In this document: piece by piece, positions 1 through 11,026 of the stretch | How the letters are laid out: each line of letters begins with the position of its first letter | Numbering within the stretch: position 1 is the stretch's first letter | Source of the DNA: an uncultured Bacilli bacterium | GTDB lineage: Bacteria; Bacillota_I; Bacilli_A; RF39; UBA660 | Assembly: GCA_947586655.1 (NCBI GenBank) | Contig: CANPXR010000001.1 | Coordinates: 1,638-65,637 of the forward strand | DNA length: 64,000 nucleotides | Reading direction: 5' to 3' | Program-made: the position numbers and the translations under genes | Notes under the pieces: model-generated | The model's input: the letters and a program-made list of their open reading frames with translations, nothing else | The model's database searches: none | Told to the model about the DNA's origin: nothing

Positions 1-1706
1 TGATAAGAACCATCAAAAAGCGTTGCCTTAACATCAATCATTGGATATCCAGCTAAAACACCTGTTTTCATAGCTTCTTGAAGTCCCTTATCTACTACTG
101 GAATATATTCACGAGGAACTACACCACCAACGATTGCATCAACAAATTCATAGCCCTTATCTTTATTAGGTTCAAACTTAACCCATACGTGTCCGTATTG
201 TCCACGTCCACCTGATTGCTTAATATACTTACCTTCACAATCACCAGCACTAGTCAAAGTTTCACGGTATGCTACTTGAGGTTTACCTATGTTTGCCTCA
301 ACACCAAACTCTCTTCTCATTCTGTCTACTAATACATCTAGGTGAAGTTCTCCCATACCAGAAATAACAGTTTGTCCAGATTCTGCATCGGTTTCTGCCC
401 TAAAGGTTGGGTCTTCTTCTGCAAGTTTTTGCAAAGCAGTAGCCATCTTTTCTTGGTCTGCCTTACTCTTTGGTTCAATTGCTATTGAAATAACTGGTTC
501 TGGGATAACCATTTTTTCTAATATTACTGGATGCTTTTCATCACAAAGAGTATCACCCGTTGTTGTGTTTTTAAGTCCAACTGCAGCAGCTATATCACCA
601 GCGTATACCTCAGATATTTCAGTACGGTTATTAGCATGCATTTGTAAGATACGTCCTACTCTTTCCTTAACGTTTTTGTTTGCGTTAAGTACGTATGAGC
701 CGCTTTTTAACGTACCAGAATATACACGGAAGAATGATAGTCTACCAACAAATGGGTCAGTCATAATTTTAAATGCTAAAGCCGCAAACGGTTCAGTATC
801 AGATGCATGTCTTTCAACTTCCTTATCATTTTCATCATGACCCTTTATTGATGGTATATCAGTTGGAGCTGGTAAATAATCAACTACGGCATCAAGCATT
901 AACTTAACACCAATGTTTCCAAGTGCGGTACCGCACATTACTGGGAACATCTTAACCTCAAGAACACCTTTTCTAATAGCCCTCTTTATTAGGTCTTCAC
1001 TTATTTCAGCACCCTCTAAATATTTCTCCATTAACTCTTCATCAAATTCAGCAGCATCCTCAATCATAGCTATTCTTTTTTCTTCAGCTATACCTTTTAA
1101 ATCAGCTGGAATTTCTATTTCAATTGGATTTTCTTCTTGTTTACCATCATATTGATATGCTTTCATGGTTACTAAATCAATTATTCCGTTAAAATCAGAT
1201 TCAGCTCCAATTGGCCATTGAATAGCCGTTGCTTTAACACCAAGTCTTGTTTTAATTGATTCAACACTCGCAGCAAAATCAGCACCCATTTTATCCATCT
1301 TGTTTGAGAAAACAAGTCTTGGTACATGCATATCAGTTGCTTGACGCCAAACGTTTTCGGTTTGCGGTTCAACACCATTTTGAGAATCTAAAACGGTTAC
1401 CGCACCATCTAATACTCTTAAAGATCTTGTAACCTCAATGGTAAAATCTACGTGTCCTGGAGTATCTATTATATTAAGACGATTACCCTTCCAAAATGCA
1501 GTAGTTGCAGCCGAAGTAATGGTAATACCACGTTCTTTTTCTTGATCCATCCAATCCATTTGAGATTCACCGTCGTGCGTTTCACCAATCTTATGAATCT
1601 TATGGGTATGAAATAAAACACGCTCAGTAACAGTTGTTTTTCCTGCGTCAACATGGGCCATGATACCAATGTTACGAGTATTTTCTAATGAATATTCACG
1701 AGCCAT
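1..1706 (-). CDS. fusA: Elongation factor G, partial. N-terminal ~568 codons are in the window; the C-terminus lies beyond position 1.
   Basis: Minus-strand translation from ATG at 1706..1704 gives [42 protein letters not shown]...[15 protein letters not shown], a GTPase G1/G3 motif set typical of EF-G. It follows rpsL-rpsG as in the str operon. It is missing from the ORF track because it is open to the window edge. Confidence 0.9.
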   Translation of the reverse strand, partial: MAREYSLENTRNIGIMAHVDAGKTTVTERVLFHTHKIHKIGETHDGESQMDWMDQEKERGITITSAATTAFWKGNRLNIIDTPGHVDFTIEVTRSLRVLDGAVTVLDSQNGVEPQTENVWRQATDMHVPRLVFSNKMDKMGADFAASVESIKTRLGVKATAIQWPIGAESDFNGIIDLVTMKAYQYDGKQEENPIEIEIPADLKGIAEEKRIAMIEDAAEFDEELMEKYLEGAEISEDLIKRAIRKGVLEVKMFPVMCGTALGNIGVKLMLDAVVDYLPAPTDIPSIKGHDENDKEVERHASDTEPFAALAFKIMTDPFVGRLSFFRVYSGTLKSGSYVLNANKNVKERVGRILQMHANNRTEISEVYAGDIAAAVGLKNTTTGDTLCDEKHPVILEKMVIPEPVISIAIEPKSKADQEKMATALQKLAEEDPTFRAETDAESGQTVISGMGELHLDVLVDRMRREFGVEANIGKPQVAYRETLTSAGDCEGKYIKQSGGRGQYGHVWVKFEPNKDKGYEFVDAIVGGVVPREYIPVVDKGLQEAMKTGVLAGYPMIDVKATLFDGSY

Positions 1707-1723
1707 ATACTTTAAATCCTTTC

Positions 1724-2191
1724 CTACCAACGATAATGTGCAAACGCTTTGTTAGCTTCTGCCATTCTATGAGTATCTTCTTTTTTCTTTACTGCTGCGC
1801 CAGTTCCGTTTGAAGCATCAATAAGTTCATTAGCTAGTTTTTCAGCCATTGATTTACCACCACGACTACGAGCAGCATTAACAATCCAACGAAGTGCTAA
1901 AGCTTGTGCTCTATCTGGCTTAACCTCGATTGGAACTTGATAGTTAGCACCACCAACACGGCGAGCCTTAACCTCTAACGCTGGTGTAACGTTTTCCATT
2001 GCTTTTTTAAATACGTCATTTGCGTTTTCTCCAACTTTTTCATGAATCATATCAAACGCATCATAAACGATTGTTTCTGCTTTTCCACGTTTACCATCTA
2101 GCATAATTTGATTAATTAGCTTTGTAATTATTTTCGAATTATACACTGGATCTGGTAATACGTCTCTTTTTACAGCACGTTTCTTACGCAT
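1724..2191 (-). CDS. rpsG: 30S ribosomal protein S7
   Basis: 155 aa with a conserved S7 sequence (…[16 protein letters not shown]…); str operon context. Confidence 0.95.
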   Translation of the reverse strand: MRKKRAVKRDVLPDPVYNSKIITKLINQIMLDGKRGKAETIVYDAFDMIHEKVGENANDVFKKAMENVTPALEVKARRVGGANYQVPIEVKPDRAQALALRWIVNAARSRGGKSMAEKLANELIDASNGTGAAVKKKEDTHRMAEANKAFAHYRW

Positions 2192-2222
2192 ATTTATCCT
2201 CCTTTATTTTATAACTATAATT

Positions 2223-2636
2223 TTATTTCTTTGGTTTTTTTGCTCCGTACTTAGACCTTGCTTGCTTTCTATCAGCAACTCCAGCCGTATCTAAAGTACC
2301 TCTTATGATATGATAACGAACACCGATAAGGTCTTTTACACGACCTCCACGTATTAATACGACACTGTGTTCCTGTAAATTATGTCCTTGTCCTGGAATA
2401 TAAGCAGTCACCTCATACCCGTTACTTAAACGTACACGTGCATACTTACGTAATGCAGAGTTTGGTTTTTTAGGTGTCATCGTTCCGACACGAGTACATA
2501 CTCCACGTTTTTGTGGAGAGCAAGAAGGCAAGTTTTTCTTCTTTAGAGTGTTAGTTCTAACAAGTAAAACTGGTGCTTTAGGCTTACGCTTTTTATTTTT
2601 TCTTCCATGACGAAGAATTTGGTTTATTGTAGGCAT
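2223..2636 (-). CDS. rpsL: 30S ribosomal protein S12
   Basis: 137 aa; PTINQLIRKGR-like N-terminus and a conserved S12 core. Confidence 0.95.
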   Translation of the reverse strand: MPTINQILRHGRKNKKRKPKAPVLLVRTNTLKKKNLPSCSPQKRGVCTRVGTMTPKKPNSALRKYARVRLSNGYEVTAYIPGQGHNLQEHSVVLIRGGRVKDLIGVRYHIIRGTLDTAGVADRKQARSKYGAKKPKK

Positions 2637-2731
2637 ATTTTCTACTCCTTTCTTAACACACTACCTGGTGTTTCTTTCTTGATATATTTTTAAGTCTTAC
2701 CAAAAGCAAGACTTAATTAATCAGCTTTAAT

Positions 2732-2761
2732 AATATAACACTTTTTTACGTTTACTGTCAA
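2732..2761 (-). promoter_or_regulatory. Putative sigma-A promoter of the rpsL-rpsG-fusA operon (TTGACA-18-TGtTATATT).
   Basis: Minus strand reads ...tattgacagtaaacgtaaaaaagtgttatattatt...; a perfect -35 and an extended -10 about 95 nt upstream of the rpsL ATG. Confidence 0.4.
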
Positions 2762-2790
2762 TATATTTAGTTTAATTTCAAAGAAAAATA

Positions 2791-3015
2791 CTATGCAGAC
2801 GTCTTTGCATTAGTATCATTTTTTAAACCATACTTTTTGTTAAACTTCTCGGCTCTACCAGTTTTAGATTGCATGGTTGCCTGACCGGTATAAAACGGAT
2901 GGCAATTTGAACAAACTTCCACGTGAATTTTATCATTAATAGACTTTGTTTCAAACGTAGCCCCACAAGTACACGTAACCGTTGAAGTTTTATAGATACT
3001 TTCTTTTTTAGGCAT
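2791..3015 (-). CDS. rpmE: 50S ribosomal protein L31 (Zn-ribbon type, CxxC…CxxC)
   Basis: 74 aa with CTCGAT…CSNCHPFYTG motifs. Confidence 0.9.
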   Translation of the reverse strand: MPKKESIYKTSTVTCTCGATFETKSINDKIHVEVCSNCHPFYTGQATMQSKTGRAEKFNKKYGLKNDTNAKTSA

Positions 3016-3089
3016 ACTTTTTAGCTCCTTTCGCCATGACTAATGTTAGTCATAGATATAAAATCTTCTATATTATAACAATAGTTAAA

Positions 3090-3860
3090 CTATTTTGCAA
3101 GTATTTTTTCATTAATAAGTTTAATGGCACTTTTAGCCATTGCACGATAACCCTCTTTTGTTGGATGAATTTCAAGAACGCTAGGAAGATAATTATCATT
3201 TGCTAAGAAAACATCATGAATGTCAACGTACGTCATATCATATTTTTTAACGATGTTTTCCATCTTGGAGTTTGCGTAAACAATTACGGGTTCAACGGTG
3301 TTCGCAAGCGATGAAGAAAAATTGGTAAACGGATTATAAAAACCAAATACCATTATTTGCTCTTTACAAGATTTTCTTAACTCATAAAGTAGTTTATCTA
3401 CGTCTAATATGGTTTCATCAACATATGTATAAATGTCATCAAACTCATTTAAGTCAAATTCATTTCCGACGTTTAACTTATAAAACAAATCATTAGCACC
3501 TATACTTACCGTAACTAAATCCGCCTTTATAAGAGCATTTTTAATAGTGATTTTTTTATTATCAACCTTTATTTCCTTATTAGTATTCAAATCATTTAAT
3601 AGATCTGTGCTACGATAACCACTTTTAGAAAATTTTTTAGTGTAGAACTCCAAAACTTCTTTATCCCTTAAATATTCTGCTATGTAATCACCATAACTTT
3701 CTTCAATCGTATTATTAGGTGTTTGTCCCGCGGCTAAAGAATCACCTAAAGATAAATAGTAAACTTTTCTATCCCTGGTAATAAAAAAAATAATTAACAA
3801 AATTATACCCGTAATAATAAAACCTATTAAAAGTTTATATCTTCTTTTCAAATTTTTCAC
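3090..3860 (-). CDS. Membrane-anchored SGNH/GDSL-family hydrolase
   Basis: N-terminal TM helix; GDSL block (YLSLGDSLAAG); SGNH-like spacing. Confidence 0.55.
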   Translation of the reverse strand: MKNLKRRYKLLIGFIITGIILLIIFFITRDRKVYYLSLGDSLAAGQTPNNTIEESYGDYIAEYLRDKEVLEFYTKKFSKSGYRSTDLLNDLNTNKEIKVDNKKITIKNALIKADLVTVSIGANDLFYKLNVGNEFDLNEFDDIYTYVDETILDVDKLLYELRKSCKEQIMVFGFYNPFTNFSSSLANTVEPVIVYANSKMENIVKKYDMTYVDIHDVFLANDNYLPSVLEIHPTKEGYRAMAKSAIKLINEKILAK

Positions 3861-3889
3861 CCCAAAATAAAATAGTATTTATTACAATA

Positions 3890-5170
3890 CTATTCTATTT
3901 CTTCAAGTTTTATTTTAGCACCTATGTTAGTTAGTTTTTCAATTATATTTTCGTATCCTCTTAATATATAATCAGCATTTTCTATGGTAGTTTTACCATC
4001 CGCAATTAATCCCGCAATGACAAGGCAGGCACCAGCCCTTAAATCCGTTGCCTTAACATTTTTACCCTTTAACTTAGTAGGTCCTACAATAACAGCTTTA
4101 GAATTGGTTACGGTTTCAGCGGTTGCACCCATTTTATTTAATTCAATTAAATTTAAAAATCTATTTTCCCAAATTGTTTCATTTATGGTAGACTTACCGG
4201 TTGCTTGGGTAAGTAAAGCCGCCATTGGCTGCTGTAAGTCAGTAGGAAAGCCAGGGTAAACTTGTGTTTTAATATTGGTTTGTTTAAGCTTTAAAGGAGC
4301 ATTTATCTTTATGAAATCCACTCCTATTTGCATAGGAACACCCATGTCATCCAACTTTGAGATTAAAGATTCCACATGGTCAGGAATAATGTTTGTTATG
4401 GTTATATCTTTTCCAATGGCACTAGCTAAAATCATGTACGTACCTGTTTCTACGTAGTCAGGAACAACCTCATGAAAGCACGAATGAAGATGCTTTACCC
4501 CAACTATTTTTATTTCGCTTGTTCCAGCTCCACTTATTTTTGCTCCCATATTATTTAAAAAAGTAGCGACGTTAACAACATGGGGTTCTTTAGCGGCGTT
4601 TGAAATAATAGTTGTACCTTCTGCCTTAACCGCAGCTAGCATAAGATTAATGGTAGCACCAACTGAGGCAAAGTCTAAGTTTATCTTTGCTCCCCTTAAA
4701 TTATCAGCCGTAATAATAAATAAATTATCATTTTCTTCAACTTTAGCACCTAGTGCCCTAAAACCCTTTAGGTGAAGGTTAATTGGTCTTGCACCAATCG
4801 AACATCCTCCAGGAAAATACATTTCAACTTTTTTAAACCGACTTAAAAGTGCACCCATAAAATAATAAGATGCTCTAAGTTTTTTTGACATATTTTCTGG
4901 AATAAGCTTATTTTCAATTTTAGAAGAATCTATTCTTATTACATCCTCACTTCTTTTAACCTTAGCACCCAAAAACGTCAACATTTCATCTAAAGCGTTA
5001 ATATCAGAAATATTAGGTACGTTAGCAATAGTTACTTCCTCGTCACATAAAACAGCCGCAGGAACGAGTGCTACGGCACTATTTTTAGAACCACTTATCT
5101 TTATTTTTCCGCTTAGTTGTCTGCCACCTTCGATTATTATCCTGTGCATATTACTCCTCCATATCTTCAT
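3890..5170 (-). CDS. murA: UDP-N-acetylglucosamine 1-carboxyvinyltransferase. The likely true start is the internal Met at ~5149.
   Basis: 426 aa; conserved MurA/EPSP-fold sequence (…KISGSKNSAVALVPAAVL…LRASYY…). Confidence 0.9.
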   Translation of the reverse strand: MKIWRSNMHRIIIEGGRQLSGKIKISGSKNSAVALVPAAVLCDEEVTIANVPNISDINALDEMLTFLGAKVKRSEDVIRIDSSKIENKLIPENMSKKLRASYYFMGALLSRFKKVEMYFPGGCSIGARPINLHLKGFRALGAKVEENDNLFIITADNLRGAKINLDFASVGATINLMLAAVKAEGTTIISNAAKEPHVVNVATFLNNMGAKISGAGTSEIKIVGVKHLHSCFHEVVPDYVETGTYMILASAIGKDITITNIIPDHVESLISKLDDMGVPMQIGVDFIKINAPLKLKQTNIKTQVYPGFPTDLQQPMAALLTQATGKSTINETIWENRFLNLIELNKMGATAETVTNSKAVIVGPTKLKGKNVKATDLRAGACLVIAGLIADGKTTIENADYILRGYENIIEKLTNIGAKIKLEEIE

Positions 5171-5216
5171 TTTATTTTATTAGTTTTGTCTAAAAAGGTG
5201 ATTAATTTGTCCTAGT

Positions 5217-6146
5217 TTATATTCTATTCTTACTACCTATTATCATATTTTTAGCATGAATAACTTTTTTTATCTCTTTTTCACCTGATAAAATTATCTT
5301 TCTAGGGTCATAAGCATTCTTATTTTCCTCAAGAAACCTTCTTACCTTACAAGACCATGCGTACATAAGATCAGTATTTATATTAACCTTAGTAACACCA
5401 CAAAAAATAGCGGTTTTAAGTTTATTATCATCTAACCCCGATGCCCCGTGGAGAACCAAAGGAATTTTAACCATCTTACAAATAGCTCCCAGAAGTTCAA
5501 AGTCGATTTTTTCGTCTCCTTTATAAAAACCATGAACGTTTCCAATCGCAGGAGCAAATGAATCAACACCGGTTCTAGATACAAAATCATAGCTTTGTTC
5601 TAAGTCTGAATAAACATACGAAGAATAATTCCCATCACTACTTAAACTTCCAAGCTCTGCCTCAACGCTGACATCATGTTTTTTTGCGTAGTTAACCACT
5701 TGCCTAGTTAACTCTACGTTATCCTCAAAACTCATTTCTGATGCATCTATCATTACTGATGTAAAACCCGCATCAATTGCTTTTTTACATGACATAAAAT
5801 CCTTAGCGTGGTCAAGATGAAGAACCACCGGTATTTTTATACCTAGTTCTTCAATCATCATTTTAATCACGCTTACAACTATTTTATAACCTCCAAAATA
5901 ACTAACCGAGCTAGGGGTTATCGCTAAAATAGTAGGACTTTTATCTTCATTACACGCTTCTAAAATAAACCTAGCCCACTCTAAGCTATTAACGTTGTAA
6001 GCCGGCACTGCATATCCTTCTTTTAAAGCAGTATCAAAAAGCCTATTACTGTTTACTAGCATATTATCATCCTCTAATTTAATTTTAGTATATTTAATAA
6101 TTATAGTCAAAGAAAAACACCAGAATTTACATTCTAGTGTATACAC
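5217..6146 (-). CDS. fba: Class II fructose-1,6-bisphosphate aldolase. The likely true start is ~6062; the ORF is over-extended 5'.
   Basis: Conserved FbaA sequence (…HLDHAKDF…, …VLHGASG…). Adjacent to murA, as in Bacillus. Confidence 0.9.
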   Translation of the reverse strand: MYTLECKFWCFSLTIIIKYTKIKLEDDNMLVNSNRLFDTALKEGYAVPAYNVNSLEWARFILEACNEDKSPTILAITPSSVSYFGGYKIVVSVIKMMIEELGIKIPVVLHLDHAKDFMSCKKAIDAGFTSVMIDASEMSFEDNVELTRQVVNYAKKHDVSVEAELGSLSSDGNYSSYVYSDLEQSYDFVSRTGVDSFAPAIGNVHGFYKGDEKIDFELLGAICKMVKIPLVLHGASGLDDNKLKTAIFCGVTKVNINTDLMYAWSCKVRRFLEENKNAYDPRKIILSGEKEIKKVIHAKNMIIGSKNRI

Positions 6147-6160
6147 ATTTACTACTTATC

Positions 6161-7534
6161 CTATTTTTTTCTTTTCTTTTTAAATGATGTACCTAAAGAT
6201 TCAGTGAAAAACAAACTAGCTCCTAACCCTCCAACCGATGCACCCCAATAATCTTTGATATCTTCATCGGTTGCCTTGCCGAAAAATTCCTTATCATCCA
6301 TTACTGGAATGTCGTCGTCTGAATCAGCGTAAGTAGTTGTTTCAGTCGGTTTTGTTGATGGTGAAGTAGTTGATGGCTGAGTTGTATTTTCTTCTACTAC
6401 GTTTCCTCCTGGAACAAAATCAGAAGAGGTACCCTCGTTAGGTATTTCAACAACAAATTCGCTAGTGGTAACCTTAGTGGTTACTTCTCCTTGAATTACT
6501 TCTTGCTTCCCTTTAGAACCACTAACCTTACCTCCGCCCTGATTTACTACTTTTGTTTCATCATGAATAGAAGCATTTGCACTTTCAACTATTTTTTTAG
6601 CAGCGGCTAGATTTTCACTTCTATACTTTTCTTCCAATTTTTCGATAGATTCATCACAATTTTTAAGATTATCAGCTGGTAAATCTAAGTCTTCAGCGGC
6701 TGCACCAAATAATTTACCTATAACCGTTGCCACAGACCTTGAAACAGTATCAATTTCTTCCGCGTATTTTTCACTTAAAAATGGGGTAAAAATTGGCTTT
6801 GTGGCACCAAACTGTTGAAATACTAATACCTTATTACCTGATTTTAAATTTAATTTTTTCGCTTTTTCAAATAAATTATAATAGTCATTAGCAGTAATTG
6901 TCATTGCAGCTTTATTACCATTTCTTATGTTAGTACGTTGTTCATAATAAACCTTAGCAATTTCTATAGCAAGTTTTTTTGCGTCGCTATCAGTAGGCAT
7001 AAACATGTAAGCACAAGGAACTGAACCAGTGTTACCTGAGAAAGCAAGTGTTCCATCATCAAGAAGCTGTTGCAAACTGACATCATAATCTGCTACGTAA
7101 TCGCTTAAAATACTTCCTAACGTAAATAATAAAACATCGTGAAAATAGTTGTATTTTTGATCATTTGTTTTTACGTTTTCCGGGAAAGTAATCTTATCAT
7201 ACATTTCATTTAACAAATAAATCATGTTTTTTATATCCAATACCGTGTATTCTTTCTCGGATAAATCGTATATAGCTTGGGCTCTTTTAGCTACCGCATC
7301 AGGATTATTTATGTCAAAATCCTCGGTTAATACTAATTCACTCATAGCTGGTGTAACGGTTGTAATTTCTGGATTAACCATACTATTTGCTTCTTGCTTG
7401 TCCTTTTTTAACTTAACGTTACGTGCAACTAAGCCCGCTCCGACTAATAAAGCTCCAACTAAAGTAATTGAAATGCCGGTTATTAAGCCTTTTTCATTCT
7501 TATGTGACTGTTCATATATATTTCTATGTTCCAT
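6161..7534 (-). CDS. Hypothetical membrane-anchored extracytoplasmic protein. Ser/Thr/Pro-rich linker; C-terminal hydrophobic segment followed by KKKRKK.
   Basis: N-terminal TM (LITGISITLVGALLVGAGLV). No family recognised. Sits 14 nt upstream of fba, so probably co-transcribed. Confidence 0.45.
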   Translation of the reverse strand: MEHRNIYEQSHKNEKGLITGISITLVGALLVGAGLVARNVKLKKDKQEANSMVNPEITTVTPAMSELVLTEDFDINNPDAVAKRAQAIYDLSEKEYTVLDIKNMIYLLNEMYDKITFPENVKTNDQKYNYFHDVLLFTLGSILSDYVADYDVSLQQLLDDGTLAFSGNTGSVPCAYMFMPTDSDAKKLAIEIAKVYYEQRTNIRNGNKAAMTITANDYYNLFEKAKKLNLKSGNKVLVFQQFGATKPIFTPFLSEKYAEEIDTVSRSVATVIGKLFGAAAEDLDLPADNLKNCDESIEKLEEKYRSENLAAAKKIVESANASIHDETKVVNQGGGKVSGSKGKQEVIQGEVTTKVTTSEFVVEIPNEGTSSDFVPGGNVVEENTTQPSTTSPSTKPTETTTYADSDDDIPVMDDKEFFGKATDEDIKDYWGASVGGLGASLFFTESLGTSFKKKRKK

Positions 7535-7584
7535 TCAAATCTTCCCCCTTTTGTTTGAATGCTCAATATGATAACACTATTTTC

Positions 7585-8076
7585 CTACTTTGTCAATATC
7601 CATATTGAATATAAAAACAAGGTTATACTTCCTAATAGAAATGAGTATTTTCCAATTTTTTGTGATAATTTTTTACCAAGCCAGAAACCTAAGCACGTAA
7701 AAATAGCACTTATCATGCAAAAAGTAAAAAGGCACGCTAAAATGTTATCATAAATATACTTAAGACCTAAACCTACTGAAAAACTATCAAAGCTCACTGA
7801 CATTGCGAAAAACAGCGTACCAATAATATTTAATTTTTTTATTTTTGGTTTTTCCTCAAAGAAATGAGTAAACATGTCAATTGATAGTAGTAAGAATACT
7901 AAGAACAATACAAATCTTGGTTTAATTATTGTATACGTAAATAAAGGAGCCCCCACAATACTCCCAAATAATGGCATAAAAAAATGAAATAACCCTACCG
8001 TCATGGCGGTTATAATTATGTTTTTTATACTAACGTTTTTTATTCCATAAGATAAAGCAAGAGCAAAAGCGTCCAT
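7585..8076 (-). CDS. DUF204/MntP-family membrane protein (Mn efflux pump MntP or sporulation YtaF-like)
   Basis: 163 aa, multi-TM; N-terminus MDAFALALSYG… is typical of MntP/YtaF. Confidence 0.5.
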   Translation of the reverse strand: MDAFALALSYGIKNVSIKNIIITAMTVGLFHFFMPLFGSIVGAPLFTYTIIKPRFVLFLVFLLLSIDMFTHFFEEKPKIKKLNIIGTLFFAMSVSFDSFSVGLGLKYIYDNILACLFTFCMISAIFTCLGFWLGKKLSQKIGKYSFLLGSITLFLYSIWILTK

Positions 8077-8150
8077 ACTAAGACTTACCGCAATTAATAT
8101 AATGCCTAAGATGTTGCATCACCTTCCTACATTATATTATTACTTTTATA

Positions 8151-8684
8151 TTAAAAATATTTTTCAATTAGTTCTTTTATGAAAGATTTATATTCAACCT
8201 CACTTGTTTCGGTGGTTTCTTCAGCCTCTAATAGACATAAAGGAGGGAACAAAACACACCACCAGTTATCTCCTTTACCACTACCTAACGTGACTAATAA
8301 GGACTCATACATACCAGCATCATACGTAATTCCTTTATATACCTTTTCTGGAAATTCATGCATCCCATAATCTATTTTATAGGAGTAATTAACATCTTTC
8401 ATTTCGTTACTTAATAAACTATCAAAGTTATTCATGTTATTTTTAATTAACCCTCTTGCTTCATTAATATTTTTACTATTTTTTAGTAAATTATATAATT
8501 CTTCCTGCATTTTATTTTTAACGTCTTCCTTAATCTTTTGATCCCTCGGGGAATTACTATTAGCCAAAACCCTAAACCTTATGGCAGAATCAGGTATTCT
8601 TATGCTTTGGTTCTTTTTAAAATTATTACGTACGCCAGACATAATTAGTAAAGCGACTAAAAAAATAATAATAAATTTCTTCAT
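8151..8684 (-). CDS. spoIIR: Stage II sporulation protein R
   Basis: 177 aa; signal peptide plus the RFRVLANSNSPRDQ motif characteristic of SpoIIR. Next to prmC-prfA, as in B. subtilis. Confidence 0.7.
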   Translation of the reverse strand: MKKFIIIFLVALLIMSGVRNNFKKNQSIRIPDSAIRFRVLANSNSPRDQKIKEDVKNKMQEELYNLLKNSKNINEARGLIKNNMNNFDSLLSNEMKDVNYSYKIDYGMHEFPEKVYKGITYDAGMYESLLVTLGSGKGDNWWCVLFPPLCLLEAEETTETSEVEYKSFIKELIEKYF

Positions 8685-8719
8685 TTAAAAATCACCCTCT
8701 ATTTTCTTTTGGGTGATTT

Positions 8720-9448
8720 TTAAAAATTATATACAAATAACATTCTATTCTTTAATGACAAATCCTTTTTTATTTCGACTTTTACGTCACCTAAATACTT
8801 TAAAGCTAAGTTTTTTATGTCTTCTTTTTGATCATAACCAATTTCAAAAGCAATTAAAAACTTATCATTTAAAACTTCTTTTGCATCTTTTAAGATACTT
8901 TCATAAAACTCTAAGCCATTTTTCTTAGCGTATAAGGCTATGTGAGGTTCGTTTTTACTAACGATTGGTTCTATTTTTTCATTTAGTCTTATGTATGGAG
9001 GATTACTTACGATTATGTCAGCCTTAACGTTATTTACTACGTATGGCTTTAACATGTCACCTTTTAAAAAGGTTATGTTAGCATTATTTTTAAGAGCATT
9101 TTTTTCAGCAACTTCTAAGGCGTCTAAACTTATATCAGAAGCATAAACATGAATATTAAGTTCCTTTGCTAAACTAATTGCAATAGCGCCACTACCAGTT
9201 CCTACGTCTATTATTACTGGATTATCAAATCCTTTACTTCTTTTTATTACTTCTTCTACTAATTCTTCGGTTTCACGCCTTGGAATCAAAACGTTTTTAT
9301 TAACGTCTAGTTCATATCCATAAAAATTAACGTCTCCTACTACGTACTGAACTGGTTCACCGTTTTCTAACCTCTTTTTAGCTTCATCAAGGTTTCCCTT
9401 ATAATACTTTTTTAAATATTCTATGTCCTTACTTTTCAAAATAATCAT
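8720..9448 (-). CDS. prmC: Release factor glutamine methyltransferase (HemK)
   Basis: SAM-MTase motifs (DVGTGSGAIAI…, NPPY); downstream of prfA. Confidence 0.85.
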   Translation of the reverse strand: MIILKSKDIEYLKKYYKGNLDEAKKRLENGEPVQYVVGDVNFYGYELDVNKNVLIPRRETEELVEEVIKRSKGFDNPVIIDVGTGSGAIAISLAKELNIHVYASDISLDALEVAEKNALKNNANITFLKGDMLKPYVVNNVKADIIVSNPPYIRLNEKIEPIVSKNEPHIALYAKKNGLEFYESILKDAKEVLNDKFLIAFEIGYDQKEDIKNLALKYLGDVKVEIKKDLSLKNRMLFVYNF

Positions 9449-9522
9449 CCCTTACAACCTATTAAAATTATAACATTTTATTAACGCTTATAACATCAAT
9501 ATGTAAAATTAGCGGAAAAACT

Positions 9523-10578
9523 TTACTCTCCCGCTAACTTCCTTCTTTGGTCTTCAGTTATTAATGCCTCGATTATATCATCTAACTTACCATTCATTAC
9601 TCTGTCTAATGAATTAGTTGTATAACCTATTCGATGGTCAGTTACCCTATTTTGAGGATAATTATAAGTTCTTATTTTTTCTGACCTATCACCAGTTCCA
9701 ATCTTACTTTTACGTTCAGCACCAAGCTCTTCTTCTTGTTTTCTTATCATCAAATCATATACCCTTGACTGTAATATCTTCATTCCCATCTCTTTATTTT
9801 TTATTTGAGAACGTTCAGTTTGAGAGTAAACCACTATCCCCGTTGGTATATGAGTTAATCTAACGGCTGAATCAGTAGTATTAACTCCTTGGCCACCACA
9901 ACCACTACTTCTAGTAATATCAATTCGTACGTCGTTCATGTCCAATTTAAAATCAACGTCATCTACTTCTGGCATTACTAATACCGTAGCGGTAGAAGTA
10001 TGAACCCTTCCCTGGGATTCTGTTGCAGGAACCCTTTGAACGCGATGAGCTCCTGATTCATACTTTAGCTTAGAATATGCTCCTTTACCCTTAACCATGA
10101 ATGATACTTCCGAAAAACCTCCGCTTGCTCCCGGAGTACTACCTAAATTTTCTATCTTAAATCCTTGGGACTCCGCGTATTTAACGTACATACTGTATAA
10201 GTCACCCGCAAAAAGATTTGCTTCATCGCCTCCGGCAGCACCCCTTATCTCAACAATTATGTTTTTTGAATCATTAGGATCTTTTGGCAGTAATAAAATT
10301 TCTAACTTCTTCATTAAATCTTTTTGCTTTTCTTCCTGTTTTTGCTCTTCTTCTTTGGCAAATTCTCCAAGCTCAGGATCATTAACAAGACCTTTAGCTT
10401 GTTCATAATCACTTTTAGCTTTTAAATATTCATTATAGCATTCTATTATTTCTGATAAATCTGATTGTTCTTTAGCTAACTTAGTAGTTTTGGCAACATC
10501 GTCAATAACTTCTTTTTTAGTTAATTCATTAGTTATAAAATCATTTCTTTTTCTAATAACTTCTAATCTTTCAAACAT
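9523..10578 (-). CDS. prfA: Peptide chain release factor 1
   Basis: 351 aa; GGQ motif ([11 protein letters not shown]) and a PxT-type RF1 region. Confidence 0.95.
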   Translation of the reverse strand: MFERLEVIRKRNDFITNELTKKEVIDDVAKTTKLAKEQSDLSEIIECYNEYLKAKSDYEQAKGLVNDPELGEFAKEEEQKQEEKQKDLMKKLEILLLPKDPNDSKNIIVEIRGAAGGDEANLFAGDLYSMYVKYAESQGFKIENLGSTPGASGGFSEVSFMVKGKGAYSKLKYESGAHRVQRVPATESQGRVHTSTATVLVMPEVDDVDFKLDMNDVRIDITRSSGCGGQGVNTTDSAVRLTHIPTGIVVYSQTERSQIKNKEMGMKILQSRVYDLMIRKQEEELGAERKSKIGTGDRSEKIRTYNYPQNRVTDHRIGYTTNSLDRVMNGKLDDIIEALITEDQRRKLAGE

Positions 10579-10579
10579 A

Positions 10580-11014
10580 TTATTCCTCTAAGTCTTCTTC
10601 GTTTACAATTGCCAAATCTTCTAAGTCATTCATTTCATCAGCGTCATCAAAGTCTTCTTCTTCATCTGCTACTAGCTCATCTTCGGTTTCTTCTGTTTCT
10701 TCCTCTTCTTCTGTGTTTTCCTCTAAAGCATCCTCGTCTTCTTCTTCGTCAACGACCAGCTTTACCGCATGAAATTCCTTTAAATCCCACTCGGCGTTAT
10801 CTAAAAGAACAAACCTTTTATCAGTTGTTAGGGTGGTATAAAAGTCCCCAATTAAATCATACATCGTGTCTTCGTTTATTTGTAATAATTTACAAACTTC
10901 ACCAAATAGTACTGGGGTTGTCTTAGGTTTTTTATCCAACTTAAGCAATTCATAAGCTATATCCGTATAAGATAGTAGCTCTAATTCTTCCAATGGCATT
11001 TGTCTTACGTTCAT
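10580..11014 (-). CDS. rpoE: RNA polymerase delta subunit. The start is probably the internal Met at codon 6.
   Basis: N-terminal HARE-HTH-like region ([11 protein letters not shown]…) plus a long poly-acidic C-terminal tail, diagnostic of Firmicute RpoE. Confidence 0.8.
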   Translation of the reverse strand: MNVRQMPLEELELLSYTDIAYELLKLDKKPKTTPVLFGEVCKLLQINEDTMYDLIGDFYTTLTTDKRFVLLDNAEWDLKEFHAVKLVVDEEEDEDALEENTEEEEETEETEDELVADEEEDFDDADEMNDLEDLAIVNEEDLEE

Positions 11015-11026
11015 AACTATTTCCTC

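Noticed and set aside
1181-1669. Two minus-strand ORFs (1181–1378, 1469–1669) listed in the six-frame track
   Set aside because: They lie in alternative frames inside the fusA coding region, whose true frame is open from 1706 to the window edge. They are shadow ORFs.
3036-3053. Hairpin ATGACTAatgtTAGTCAT in the rpmE 5' UTR as a Zur box or terminator
   Set aside because: It does not match the Zur consensus (AAATCGTAATNATTACGATTT) and has no downstream U-tract. It is probably just a 5'-UTR stem next to the RBS. Noted only as a minor structural element.
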